Of a DNA stretch of 64,000 nt, positions 20,310 to 30,002 are shown one piece after another (the stretch's first letter is position 1; the number at the start of each line of letters is the position of its first letter). The translations under genes and the position numbers were made by a program. The stretch covers positions 1-64,000 of the forward strand of contig JAIPBS010000015.1 in assembly GCA_021738625.1 (NCBI GenBank), given 5' to 3'. The notes beneath the pieces were generated by a model. The model searched no databases and was not told the origin of the DNA. It was given only the letters and a program-made list of their open reading frames with translations. Origin of the DNA: Bacteroidales bacterium. Lineage in GTDB: Bacteria; Bacteroidota; Bacteroidia; Bacteroidales; JAIOZK01.

Positions 20310-21665
20310 TTATCGGTTCATATTCGGGACGCCACCGCTTTTCGCATTTTTCATCATTCGCATCATATTTTTCATGCCACCCCCGCTCATCATTTTCATC
20401 ATTTTACTGGTTTGGGCAAACTGCTTGATCAGGCTATTCACTTCCTGTATGCTGTTCCCGCTGCCGTTGGCAATCCTTCTTCTGCGGCTCCCGTTAAGCA
20501 ATTTGGGATTATCGCGTTCTTCCGGGGTCATGGAATAAATAATGGCCTCAATGCCCTTGAAAGCATCTTCATCAATTTCTGCATCTTTCATCATTTTACC
20601 CATGCCGGGGATCATGCCCATCAAATCCTTCACATTCCCCATTTTCTGAATTTGCTTGATCTGTTTTAGAAAATCGTTGAAGTTGAACTGATTCTTGGCG
20701 ATCTTCTTTTGTAGCTTCCTGGCTTCGTCAACGTCGAACTGTTCCTGGGCTTTTTCGACGAGTGACACAATATCACCCATTCCCAGTATCCTGTCGGCCA
20801 TACGGCTGGGATGAAAAACATCAATGGCGTCGATCTTTTCCCCTATCCCAATAAACTTAATGGGTTTTTTCACCACCGACTTTACGGTCAGCGCGGCCCC
20901 GCCCCTGGTATCGCCGTCGAGCTTGGTCAGCACAACGCCTTCATAATCGAGCCTTTCGTTAAAGGCTTTGGCTGTATTCACGGCATCCTGACCTGTCATC
21001 GAATCCACAACAAACAGCGTTTCCTGTGGATCGAGGGCTTTTTTGATTGAAGAAATTTCATCCATCATTTGCTCGTCGATAGCCAGGCGACCGGCCGTAT
21101 CCACAATCATGGCATTAAAGCCTTTGTCTTTGGCATGCCTGATCGCATTTTTCGCGATTTTAACCGGATTTTTGTTGCCTTCCTCCGTATAAACCTCAAC
21201 ACCTATTTGCTCTCCCAACGCCTGCAGCTGGTTGATGGCTGCCGGACGGTAAACATCGCAAGCAACGAGCAATGGCTGCCTCCCCCTTTTTTGTTTAAGA
21301 TAATTGGCCAGCTTAGCGGCAAAGGTGGTTTTACCGGAACCCTGCAAACCTGCCAGCAGAAACAAAGCCGGATTGCCCTTTTCGTTGATGTCGGCTTTTT
21401 CACTTCCCATCAGCCTGGCCAATTCGTCATGGACGATTTTAACCATCAGCTGGCCGGGAGATACAGCTGTTAGGATTTTCTGACCAAGGGCTTTTTCCTT
21501 TACGTCATTGGCGAAGTCCTTGGCAATTTTGTAGCTGACATCCGCGTCGAGCAAGGCTTTTCTAACTTCCTTGAGAGTTTCCGCAACATTGACCTCCGAT
21601 ATATGTCCGTGTCCTTTCAGGACCTTAAATGAACGTTCGAGTTTTTCTGATAAACCTTCAAACAT
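20310..21665 (-). CDS. ffh: Signal recognition particle protein Ffh
   Basis: N-domain, NG-domain GTPase (GLQGSGKTT, DTAGR, TKLDGDTRGG) and a Met-rich M domain (MMKMMSGGGMKNMMRMM). Confidence 0.95.
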   Translation of the reverse strand: MFEGLSEKLERSFKVLKGHGHISEVNVAETLKEVRKALLDADVSYKIAKDFANDVKEKALGQKILTAVSPGQLMVKIVHDELARLMGSEKADINEKGNPALFLLAGLQGSGKTTFAAKLANYLKQKRGRQPLLVACDVYRPAAINQLQALGEQIGVEVYTEEGNKNPVKIAKNAIRHAKDKGFNAMIVDTAGRLAIDEQMMDEISSIKKALDPQETLFVVDSMTGQDAVNTAKAFNERLDYEGVVLTKLDGDTRGGAALTVKSVVKKPIKFIGIGEKIDAIDVFHPSRMADRILGMGDIVSLVEKAQEQFDVDEARKLQKKIAKNQFNFNDFLKQIKQIQKMGNVKDLMGMIPGMGKMMKDAEIDEDAFKGIEAIIYSMTPEERDNPKLLNGSRRRRIANGSGNSIQEVNSLIKQFAQTSKMMKMMSGGGMKNMMRMMKNAKSGGVPNMNR

Positions 21666-21856
21666 AGCTTTCTCTAATTTGCTGCAAAGTTACCAATTTT
21701 TTAAAGACTTGACCGGCTCGGCAAAGCAATAAATAAGTAGGAATAACCACTTGCTCAACAAAATGCAGCGGCCACAATAATAACTTTTCAACAGAATATG
21801 GTTTTTATTATCTTTACCTTACTAAACTAAAATGAACACCTATCAAATTTATTGTT

Positions 21857-24800
21857 ATGAAAAAAGCCGCCCTTTATCTCACGTCAGTTTTAGCAATTCT
21901 GATAACGGTTAATACCGGATTCAGTCAGCACAATAAAACAGATTATTATTACTATGAAGGAAATGAGAAAATCATTCCTCAAGTCGACAACAGCAAACTG
22001 TATATCACTTTCATCTCAAAAGACGCCCTGGAAGCATTCAGGCAGCATACGTTCTTAATACCTGATATAAAACTTCCTGAAGATAAGCAGGGGTGGTTTA
22101 AATCGGATCATGCCTTAACAATTTTAACACCCGGGACTGAAAGGGCCGGGGCGCTGCTGGATTTCCTCAGAACGCATCCCTGGGTCGCATCTGCCTACCC
22201 CTATTTATACAGATACAACGAAGTCGCAGTAGTCGACAACTCAATCATTGTCAACATCCCTTTATCTGTAGAAGAAAGTAAACTGGAAAAAATTATAACC
22301 CGGCTGAAAGGAAGTATAACCGAAAAACTCAGTCTCGGCAATTCGGTTTCTTTCATTGTCAGTTTTCCCGCCGAGGTGAATATCTTTAAGGCGGCCAATA
22401 AAATTCACAAGAAAAGATATGTCAACTTCTCCCAACCCAACTTCATATTCCGGGGGTCTTCCGGCTATATTCCCAATGATACCTACTTTACCGATCAGTG
22501 GTTTCTGCAGCAATCGAGCGACAAGGATATCGATGCGGTTGAGGCCTGGGACATTACAACAGGCTCGTCTAACGTGGTGATTGCAGTAATAGACGGTACC
22601 GGTTATGAGCTCTCCCATGCTGACATGACCAACAAATATGTATCGCCTTATTGCGCAGTCAATAACAATTACAATCCCGATGCAACCCACCCTGATGAAA
22701 ACCATGGGACTCCCTGCGCAGGATTAATAGCTGCAGCTACCAATAACAATTATGGAGTTGCCGGTGTCGGGTATAACTGCAAAACCATGCCTATCAGGAT
22801 AGGTTATAATTTTGATGGCAACAACTGGTTAACCTCAAACCAGATCATCCAGCGGGCCGGTTCGCATATTGTCAATTCTACAGAGAATATCGCAGTGGTG
22901 AGCAATAGCATCCTGCTTGGTGTTTGGGCTAACAACATCACCGTTCGCACTGCTTTTGAAAGCATGCGCACCCAGCCCCGCAGCGGACTGGGCGCTGTTC
23001 TAATGGCCTCCACCGGGAACGAAAACACATTAAATTATGTACAATACCCTTGCTATTTTGCACATGTAGTAGGTGTTGGCGCCAGCGACCAGTACGATCT
23101 GCGTGCAAATTTCTCCAACTATGGGGATTCGTGCGACCTGGTTGCACCGGGCGTGAGCACACTCACGATAGATCGCACCGGTGCTGCAGGATACAACAAT
23201 GCAGGAGACTTTTATCAGTTTAACGGCACTTCGGGGGCCTGCCCTATTGCGGCCGGCGTAGCAGGTTTGATTGCCTCCGTCAACCCGAACATGACGGAGC
23301 GGGAAATGCGCCTGCAACTGTACAGTTCCTGTGAAAAAGTCGGTGGATACAGTTACAGTAACAACCCGGCTCACCCATTCGGAACCTGGAACCTTGAAAT
23401 GGGATATGGCCGCCTCAATGCCCATCAGGCAGTGCAAAGCGGTTCAATGCTGGAACCGCCCGACAACCTTTCCGCCTCGGTCAACGGAACCAATGTCTCG
23501 CTGAGCTGGACTGCACCGGGCGGGGGATCAACAACCGAAGAACTGATCTACGATAACAATATTTCCACCGGAGCATACAAGTATCCAGGCTACACCATGA
23601 GCACCCATATGTCGCCTGCTGAAAGCTGCCGGATCATCAGCCTGAAATTTTATACCACGGCCGATGCCGGCGACAATACTTTTAAAGCAAAGATATTTGA
23701 TTGGAGCGGCGGTCAGCCCACCAGCAACCTGCTTTTCGAAAGCAATGCTACCGCAGTGGACAACGACTGGCTCACCATCGACATCAGCAATGAGGATGTT
23801 TTCGTGAATGGTGATTTCCTGCTGGGCTTCGGTTCAATTAACGACTATACCTATCTGGGTTATGATGAAGACCTCAACAACGGACGCTCCTGGGATCATA
23901 ACGACAACAGCCAGAGCTGGAGCATGTGGAACGAAGCTTACCTGATCCGTGCCGTGGTGGAGTATTCGGACGGTAGCCGCGAGGAACTTGGAATTATTCC
24001 GGATATTGAAATCACCCCAAACTATTGCAGGCAAATAAAAACCGGAAACCCTGACCAAATTGCGGTTCAACCTATGGCAAATCAATCGGGCCGGTTTAAA
24101 GGCCTTCTGGGTTATAACCTATACAGGAACGGATCAAAGATCAACTCCAGCCTGATCACCGGCACCACCTATGCGGATAACGGCCTGTCCGCCGGCATCT
24201 ATAGCTATGTTGTTACGGCCGTTTACACTGAAGGTGAGTCGAATGGCGAAGGGCCGGTCCAGGTTGAGGTAACATCCGGCTCTCTGGCAGCCCCCACCAA
24301 CCTGGTGGCCGGCAGCAACGGATCCGATGTAAATTTGAACTGGATCGCCCCGGGCGGCGGCACCGAAGAATGGATTTCATATCATGACGGTACATTCGAG
24401 AATTCTTTTTCATCTACAAACGGGGGCGCCGGACTGGCTCAAATGATCACCCTGCCCGAATATCCTGCCATCGTTAAGCAGGTGAGGTTTCTAACCACAT
24501 CCTACAGCAACTTCAGTGGTCCTATGGAAGTTTATGTACTTTCATCGGATGGCGGCACCATTCTCTCAGGCCCGTTCAACACTCACGGACAGGAGGATCA
24601 ATGGATATATTGCGATATGGAAGATGTTGCCGTGAACGAACAGTCTTTTCTCGTGGCAACATACAATACCGAATCGGGAGGCCCGTATGTTGGGGTTGAC
24701 GACAGCGACTGGAACCAGAGTCTTTATTTCGGGAACCACATCGACGGATTTACCGAAATGAGCCAGATCGACGATTATTTTTACATGGGCAGCCATGAAG

Positions 24801-25291
24801 CCCTGGTGCAATACTCCAATGAAAAGGGCCAAACGGTGGAAACCTTTCTTTCGGGCAACACAGCATCGAGAGGTTTTGAGTATTACAAAATTTACAGGGA
24901 TGGCAACAGCATCGGAACAGCATCCGGTGAATCCTATAGCGATGTGCTCCCGAATTACGGTTCTTACACCTACACGGTTACAGCCTATTATTCCGAAGGG
25001 GAATCCACCCACTCCAACAGCGTGCAGGTAAACTGGGAAGTGGGTGTTGAGGAATACGGTACAGTCGATTTTGCAATATATCCCAATCCCGCCAATGACA
25101 ATGTTGTTGTTAAATGTGGTGAGAATATCCAAAAGCTTAGATTGGAAGATATCTCAGGCAGAAACATATTTACCAAAGAAATTTTTACCGGGAATTTTTT
25201 ATTGGATGTCAGTAGTTTTCCAGTGGGAGTTTATCATCTCATCGTGGAAACAGAAAATGGAAAAGGCGTTAAGAAGCTGATGGTTAGATAA
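21857..25291 (+). CDS. S8 family (subtilisin-like) serine peptidase with FN3-like domains and T9SS C-terminal sorting domain
   Basis: Catalytic triad motifs (VIDGTGYELSHAD; HGTPCAGLIAA; GTSGACPIAAGVAGL), repeated 'SASVNGTNVSLSWTAPGGG' FN3-like modules, and a C-terminal Por sorting domain (FAIYPNPANDNVVVKC...). Confidence 0.85.
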   Translation: MKKAALYLTSVLAILITVNTGFSQHNKTDYYYYEGNEKIIPQVDNSKLYITFISKDALEAFRQHTFLIPDIKLPEDKQGWFKSDHALTILTPGTERAGALLDFLRTHPWVASAYPYLYRYNEVAVVDNSIIVNIPLSVEESKLEKIITRLKGSITEKLSLGNSVSFIVSFPAEVNIFKAANKIHKKRYVNFSQPNFIFRGSSGYIPNDTYFTDQWFLQQSSDKDIDAVEAWDITTGSSNVVIAVIDGTGYELSHADMTNKYVSPYCAVNNNYNPDATHPDENHGTPCAGLIAAATNNNYGVAGVGYNCKTMPIRIGYNFDGNNWLTSNQIIQRAGSHIVNSTENIAVVSNSILLGVWANNITVRTAFESMRTQPRSGLGAVLMASTGNENTLNYVQYPCYFAHVVGVGASDQYDLRANFSNYGDSCDLVAPGVSTLTIDRTGAAGYNNAGDFYQFNGTSGACPIAAGVAGLIASVNPNMTEREMRLQLYSSCEKVGGYSYSNNPAHPFGTWNLEMGYGRLNAHQAVQSGSMLEPPDNLSASVNGTNVSLSWTAPGGGSTTEELIYDNNISTGAYKYPGYTMSTHMSPAESCRIISLKFYTTADAGDNTFKAKIFDWSGGQPTSNLLFESNATAVDNDWLTIDISNEDVFVNGDFLLGFGSINDYTYLGYDEDLNNGRSWDHNDNSQSWSMWNEAYLIRAVVEYSDGSREELGIIPDIEITPNYCRQIKTGNPDQIAVQPMANQSGRFKGLLGYNLYRNGSKINSSLITGTTYADNGLSAGIYSYVVTAVYTEGESNGEGPVQVEVTSGSLAAPTNLVAGSNGSDVNLNWIAPGGGTEEWISYHDGTFENSFSSTNGGAGLAQMITLPEYPAIVKQVRFLTTSYSNFSGPMEVYVLSSDGGTILSGPFNTHGQEDQWIYCDMEDVAVNEQSFLVATYNTESGGPYVGVDDSDWNQSLYFGNHIDGFTEMSQIDDYFYMGSHEALVQYSNEKGQTVETFLSGNTASRGFEYYKIYRDGNSIGTASGESYSDVLPNYGSYTYTVTAYYSEGESTHSNSVQVNWEVGVEEYGTVDFAIYPNPANDNVVVKCGENIQKLRLEDISGRNIFTKEIFTGNFLLDVSSFPVGVYHLIVETENGKGVKKLMVR

Positions 25292-25472
25292 TTTTACCTT
25301 CAGCGGCTCAATAATAATCCCATCTTACATTTTAAAGGCTTGCCCTCCTATCCCATATGAAGGGAGCATCCCCTTCATAAGTTTTACTATAAATTAACCC
25401 GAATCATTGTAGTTGGTATAATTTTGGGTTGTTTCCCGCCGTTCATAACAATTAAATACCAAAACGAAGATC

Positions 25473-25970
25473 ATGAAAAAACCACATTTGGTGCTGTTGC
25501 TGTTAGCAGTGCTGTTTCTCTCAGGTTCCGATATTTACGAACCATACAGCGATTACAAACCGGTGTTCATGTACCGAACCGACATGGAAAATGCCGTTCA
25601 ACTACACGAAGCTCGAACCATTGAAAACCCCGGGAAAATCTACCTGAAGGATGATTACATCTTTGTAAATGAAAAATACAGCGGTGTGCATATCATCGAC
25701 AACAGCAATCCCATCAACCCCGTAAAGATCGGTTTTCTTCAAATCGACGGATGTATCGACATAGCCATGAAAGGCAATGTGCTTTATGCCGATAACGCGG
25801 TCGACCTGATCGCCGTTAAATTTGGGCAGGAATACAACAGCGCAGAGATAACGGAACGGGTCAGAAATGTATTTCCCGAATTGCGCTCCCCCGACGGCTG
25901 GTATATTCCCTGGGAAGTTGAGCAGGCCCGGCCCGAGAATTCAATTGTTGTGAAATGGATTAAAAACTAA
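25473..25970 (+). CDS. LVIVD-repeat lipoprotein (short, about 2 repeats)
   Basis: Signal peptide, then LVIVD-type beta-propeller blades (DYIFVNEKYSGVHIIDNSNPINPVKIG; GNVLYADNAVDLIAVKF). Confidence 0.6.
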   Translation: MKKPHLVLLLLAVLFLSGSDIYEPYSDYKPVFMYRTDMENAVQLHEARTIENPGKIYLKDDYIFVNEKYSGVHIIDNSNPINPVKIGFLQIDGCIDIAMKGNVLYADNAVDLIAVKFGQEYNSAEITERVRNVFPELRSPDGWYIPWEVEQARPENSIVVKWIKN

Positions 25971-25977
25971 GGCGATC

Positions 25978-26739
25978 ATGAAAAAAACATCCATATATTT
26001 ATATTTTGCCAGCGTGATCCTGACCGGCCTGATCATCCTGGCTGCCTGTGAGGAAAGTACCGACAACGACTTTTCACCCGGCAGTGAAGCCGGCATCGGC
26101 GGATCCCTCGCGCGTTTCACCATTGCAAACGATCACCTTTACACGGTTGATGATAACTCCATGCTTATCTTCAGTGTGGAAAATACAGAAAAACCTGTGC
26201 TGAAAAATGAAAAACAAATCGGGTTCGGGATCGAAACCATCTTTCCAAGAGGAGATCATTTGTTCCTGGGATCTCAAACCGGAATGTATATTTATGATAT
26301 AAACAACCCGGCAAATCCCTTTGAGGTTTCCTTTTTCAGTCACATCAAATCATGCGACCCGGTAGTGGCCGACCAGGATTATGCCTATGTTACGCTGAAC
26401 ACGGCAAACAACTGGTGCTGGCGCAACACCAACGAACTGCAGGTGGTCGATATTAGCGACCTTGAAAACCCTAGCCTTGCGGCAAGTAAAAATATGAATT
26501 CACCCCTGGGTTTATCCATCCATAACGACACCCTTTATGTTTGCGACAACGGCCTGAAAGTGCTGGATGTTTCGAATCCCGAAAACATCATTCAGCTTAT
26601 GCATTTCAGCGACATTCAGGCCAATGACGTGATTTATAACGACAACAAACTCTTCGTGATTGGCGACAACGGATTTTACCAATACAAAATCGAAGACGGG
26701 AACATTGAAAAGATCAGTGAAATATTAATCGGAAACTAA
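25978..26739 (+). CDS. LVIVD-repeat lipoprotein (about 5 repeats)
   Basis: Own signal peptide with lipobox (LIILAAC). Repeats DHLYTVDDNSMLIFSVEN / DHLFLGSQTGMYIYDINNPANP / DYAYVTL..LQVVDISDLENP / DTLYVCDNGLKVLDVSNPENI / NKLFVIGDNGFYQY. Confidence 0.6.
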   Translation: MKKTSIYLYFASVILTGLIILAACEESTDNDFSPGSEAGIGGSLARFTIANDHLYTVDDNSMLIFSVENTEKPVLKNEKQIGFGIETIFPRGDHLFLGSQTGMYIYDINNPANPFEVSFFSHIKSCDPVVADQDYAYVTLNTANNWCWRNTNELQVVDISDLENPSLAASKNMNSPLGLSIHNDTLYVCDNGLKVLDVSNPENIIQLMHFSDIQANDVIYNDNKLFVIGDNGFYQYKIEDGNIEKISEILIGN

Positions 26740-26748
26740 CACAAGGAA

Positions 26749-27396
26749 ATGAAAAAGTTGATTGCAATTATTTTGATCGCTATGGTCGCAGCATCAGGCG
26801 TATCTGCACAGGAACAGCAGCAAGAACAAAAAAAACAACCTGGTTTTATGGCGGGATTTGCCCCTTACTACACTTTTATCAACGGTTTAAGGCTGGATTT
26901 TGATTTTAAAATATCGGACGCCAAAAATCAGTGGCTGGTGGTTTCGCCACAGTTTTATTACAACGATGAAAGTTATAATTGGGATTATGAAGAAATGAGC
27001 GGAGTCGGCTTCGATTTGGGATACCGTTTATACCTGAGTGAGAGCAAGCGGCCGAAGGGGCCCTATTTCATGCCTGGGATCACGTTTCAGTATTATACCG
27101 TTGAAGATGAAATTTTTATCCCGGTGGAATATACAGAAAACGGCAACACCTATTTTGTCATGGAAGAAAGACTCGAAAATTCAAACCTTTTCAAAACCGG
27201 GCCCAACGTATTGCTTGGGTACCAGTTTCTGATCAACAATATCCTTTACCTGGATCTATACGGAGGGGTGGCTTTCCGAATGTCTTTCGACAATCGCGAT
27301 GGAGCATTGCAGGAAAACTTCAATTACGACTGGTTCGATTTAGGATACCAGGGCATTTTGCTGAACGGCGGCATGCGGGTCGGGGTAGCTTTCTGA
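26749..27396 (+). CDS. Putative outer-membrane beta-barrel protein
   Basis: Signal peptide (VSAQ), alternating aromatic/hydrophobic beta-strand pattern, and C-terminal 'GVAF'. Sits 9 nt downstream of the LVIVD genes. Confidence 0.45.
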   Translation: MKKLIAIILIAMVAASGVSAQEQQQEQKKQPGFMAGFAPYYTFINGLRLDFDFKISDAKNQWLVVSPQFYYNDESYNWDYEEMSGVGFDLGYRLYLSESKRPKGPYFMPGITFQYYTVEDEIFIPVEYTENGNTYFVMEERLENSNLFKTGPNVLLGYQFLINNILYLDLYGGVAFRMSFDNRDGALQENFNYDWFDLGYQGILLNGGMRVGVAF

Positions 27397-27424
27397 AGAA
27401 ATATTGCTAAAGTCCAGTAATTTT

Positions 27425-27515
27425 AGTCATCGGATGACTTGTTTGCAAATTGGATTTTAAACATTTCAACCTGGTGCTATTTATGAATAAGTCATCCGAT
27501 GACATGCAAAACAAG
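27425..27515. repeat. Twin 13-bp palindromes (GTCATCSGATGAC), each flanked by a ttgtttgcaaa/tgcaaaacaag inverted pair
   Basis: 'agtcatcggatgacttgtttgcaaa' lies at 27425-27449 and 'gtcatccgatgacatgcaaaacaag' at 27491-27515, between the convergent OM-protein gene and the encapsulin gene. Confidence 0.6.
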
Positions 27516-27593
27516 CTTTAAATAAGGAAAAGGAATACAGGCTGTCTCATAAGTTTGGGACAGCCTATTGTATTCATACCATGCTTTTTTATT

Positions 27594-28388
27594 TTACCCG
27601 ATATTGATCACAGCCGCCGGATCGAGCACCTGAAAGGTGAACGACTCGGTAAAGAATAACTGAACATTCCGGCTGTCGTGCGATTCATATCCAATTGAAA
27701 GATCCTGTCCGAGCGTAAGGCGGAAATCCCCTCCGCGTTCAGTCACCAATAAGGCACCGTTCAGGTTGGGCGCCAGGATGATCTTTCCGTCAAGCAGATT
27801 TTCCAGTTGAAGCCTAAGCGGATAATCTCCAACATAGCTCGATACTTTTTCCCATTTATCGATATCGAGCACAAGTGAATATGGCCCTTCAACCGAAGCG
27901 CTCTTAAACATACTTATGGCCCTTGTGACAGCATGAAGGATTTTGGACGGATCCTCCGGGAATTCAACCTTTTCGTGTTCCGAACGGCTTTTAAGTCCGG
28001 TTATACCTGCATTTTTCAAACCCTCGTAAATCACATTCTCCTCGAAACGGGCCATTCGTTTGGCGGCTTTTTCGAGTGATTCCAGGTCGATGTCTTCCGC
28101 GCCTCGGTCGACATTGTCGAGTTCCCACAGATCAAGCTCAAATTTTGAACGGGTTTCAAGCAGCGGCAAAACTTTATACAATCCGTATTCAAGCCCTTCC
28201 TCATCCTGTGCCTTTGGAATCTCCAGTCGACCCGCAGAAACGGAACCCAGCTCCAGCCCATGCGGGCCGTCAACATCCACAAACTTCCTGGCGGATAAAT
28301 CCGTTTTAAAGACATCCTCTGCCTGCTCATTTATTTCCTCCCATGCTTTATCTGAAATGGGAGCCATCTTCTTTTTTAAAATATCCAT
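27594..28388 (-). CDS. Family 1 encapsulin nanocompartment shell protein (HK97 fold, linocin-M18-like)
   Basis: 264 aa, collinear with T. maritima encapsulin (MAPISDKAWEEIN..FKTDLSARKFVDVDGPHG...LDLWELDN...GPYSLVLDIDKW...VTERGGDFRLTLGQDLSIGYES...FTESFTFQVLDPAAV). Confidence 0.9.
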   Translation of the reverse strand: MDILKKKMAPISDKAWEEINEQAEDVFKTDLSARKFVDVDGPHGLELGSVSAGRLEIPKAQDEEGLEYGLYKVLPLLETRSKFELDLWELDNVDRGAEDIDLESLEKAAKRMARFEENVIYEGLKNAGITGLKSRSEHEKVEFPEDPSKILHAVTRAISMFKSASVEGPYSLVLDIDKWEKVSSYVGDYPLRLQLENLLDGKIILAPNLNGALLVTERGGDFRLTLGQDLSIGYESHDSRNVQLFFTESFTFQVLDPAAVINIG

Positions 28389-28397
28389 AACAATACC

Positions 28398-28745
28398 TTA
28401 TTTATTAATTTTCCCAATTCCTAAATCTGATTGATCTTCTTCAGCTTCTTCCTCTTCTCCTGCTTCCAGATTGGTAATATCTCCTTCGGTGAAAAGATAG
28501 GTCCGAAGTTCATCGTCCCAACCGTCCATATTCCGGCGGAGCCACTCAATGGTCATACAGGCATGTTCGATTTCTTCATCACGATTGTGTGCCAGTATGT
28601 TTTTCAGATGCTCATCCTTTGTCACATCCACACGCTGATTATACCAATCCACCGCTTCGATCTCTTCTTTCAAACTCAGCAGTGCACGTGTAATATTGCG
28701 TGCTTTTTCACTTAATTCTTCAGTCGGTTCATGATATTGACTCAT
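28398..28745 (-). CDS. Encapsulated ferritin-like protein (EncFtn) cargo with C-terminal targeting peptide
   Basis: EIEAVDWYNQRVDVTKDEHLKNILAHNRDEEIEHACMTIEWLRRN...LRTYLFTEG is near-identical in pattern to R. rubrum EncFtn, including the Glu/His iron ligands. A Gly/acidic linker leads to the C-terminal SDLGIGKINK targeting peptide. Gene sits 9 nt upstream of the shell gene. Confidence 0.9.
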   Translation of the reverse strand: MSQYHEPTEELSEKARNITRALLSLKEEIEAVDWYNQRVDVTKDEHLKNILAHNRDEEIEHACMTIEWLRRNMDGWDDELRTYLFTEGDITNLEAGEEEEAEEDQSDLGIGKINK

Positions 28746-28918
28746 AACAAATAATTTTAATTTGGTGAAAAGAGTAAAAAAATCCTGCCATCAACCGATA
28801 CTGTGGAAAAACCATTTAAGAAAGCTGATGTCCAGTAGTTTAAAACATAATCAATCCAGTACCTCCACATTATGTAGAAATTTTACAACACAATGATTAA
28901 CATTATGGGTATATATAT

Positions 28919-29725
28919 CTACGTATGATTGATTTTTCTTGCCACGCTTAGCAGATGCTTTGAGTTGGCCACCATTTCCTCGTCTTCACAATACCTGACA
29001 ATAAAGTTGAGCCATTTCTTTTTAAGTTCCGGGTTTAGGTTATGATACAAGTCAAAGCGCTCGCCGAATACACCTTCCGCGCCAGCCAGGTGCAGGGGCT
29101 TCAAACCGGCTTCCGCCATCAATGGATTGATCTCGGAGGGATGCACAAAATAAGCATTTGTAAAAGCTTCGGTACCTTCAACAAAATGGTTGTCGGCACC
29201 GGTCTGCCATAGTTTTTCAGCTCCGTCAGGATAATTGATCCCTTCGGGATTGTTTTTCAAACCATAAACCAGGGCTGCGCTGCGGGTCATAAAAGCAGAA
29301 AAAACAAAGCCGCCCGGATTAAGCGAGGCTGCGGCCCTTTTCAAAAGCATCAGCCGTTTTTCCCTGCTGATCATATGATAAAGCGGCCCCATCAGCAATA
29401 CCGCATCCCAATTGCGTTTTTCCCAGCCTTTGCTTTCGAGGGCTTCCGAACGTTCGATGAAGAGAATATTGGGATTTCCGCCAAGGCGCTCTTTAACGAT
29501 GCGGATATTTTCATCCGCAAGATCATTCAGTCCAAGCTTATAGCCATCACGGATAAGTGCTTCGGCATAGTGCCCGGTTCCGCAACTCGCATCGAATATT
29601 TCTTCCCCCGGGGAAATATATTGGTTGATAAAGTGCCTTGTAACAGGCATTTCAAAAACATGGTAGTCGAGCCGTTTGTCTTCTTCGGCTCTGTGCCGGT
29701 TGTAGTATTTTCTTACTTTTTCCAT
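28919..29725 (-). CDS. Class I SAM-dependent methyltransferase
   Basis: Motif I DASCGTGHYAEAL and a downstream acidic motif. Start trimmed to MEKVRKYY so it does not overlap the CsbD-like gene. Confidence 0.7.
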   Translation of the reverse strand: MEKVRKYYNRHRAEEDKRLDYHVFEMPVTRHFINQYISPGEEIFDASCGTGHYAEALIRDGYKLGLNDLADENIRIVKERLGGNPNILFIERSEALESKGWEKRNWDAVLLMGPLYHMISREKRLMLLKRAAASLNPGGFVFSAFMTRSAALVYGLKNNPEGINYPDGAEKLWQTGADNHFVEGTEAFTNAYFVHPSEINPLMAEAGLKPLHLAGAEGVFGERFDLYHNLNPELKKKWLNFIVRYCEDEEMVANSKHLLSVARKINHT

Positions 29726-29789
29726 AAAAAATTCGGCCCCGGCCAGTAAATGACCAGAGCCGGGTGTATATGAAGATTGACAGGGTGTT

Positions 29790-29987
29790 TTATAAGGTCT
29801 TGATGGTTTCGATGATATCCTTTCGCTTTTGTCCGCCCAGCCGGCTTTGAATACGCCCGACAAAAATTTCCTCATCTTCGGTGTACTCCAGGTCCCGCTC
29901 AGTGAGATGGGGATATTTATCCTTTAGGCGGCGTTTAACATCATTCCAGTTGCTTTTAAAATCTCTCAAATTGATTCTCTCTTCCAT
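29790..29987 (-). CDS. CsbD-like general stress protein
   Basis: 65 aa: WNDVKRRLKDKYPHLTERDLEYTEDEEIFVGRIQSRLGGQKRKDIIETI matches the CsbD/YjbJ pattern. Confidence 0.55.
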   Translation of the reverse strand: MEERINLRDFKSNWNDVKRRLKDKYPHLTERDLEYTEDEEIFVGRIQSRLGGQKRKDIIETIKTL

Positions 29988-30002
29988 TGTTTCCTCCTTT
30001 TA

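Noticed and set aside
20210-20669. His-rich plus-strand ORFs (HHFHHF...) overlapping the ffh 3' end
   Set aside because: They are an artefact of reading the Met-rich (ATG-rich) M-domain codons of ffh on the opposite strand.
28746-28918. Possible sigma-54 (-24/-12) promoter upstream of the EncFtn-encapsulin operon
   Set aside because: The only GG-N10 candidate (TGGCAGgatttTTTTA) lacks the -12 GC, so I cannot support it without a PWM scan.
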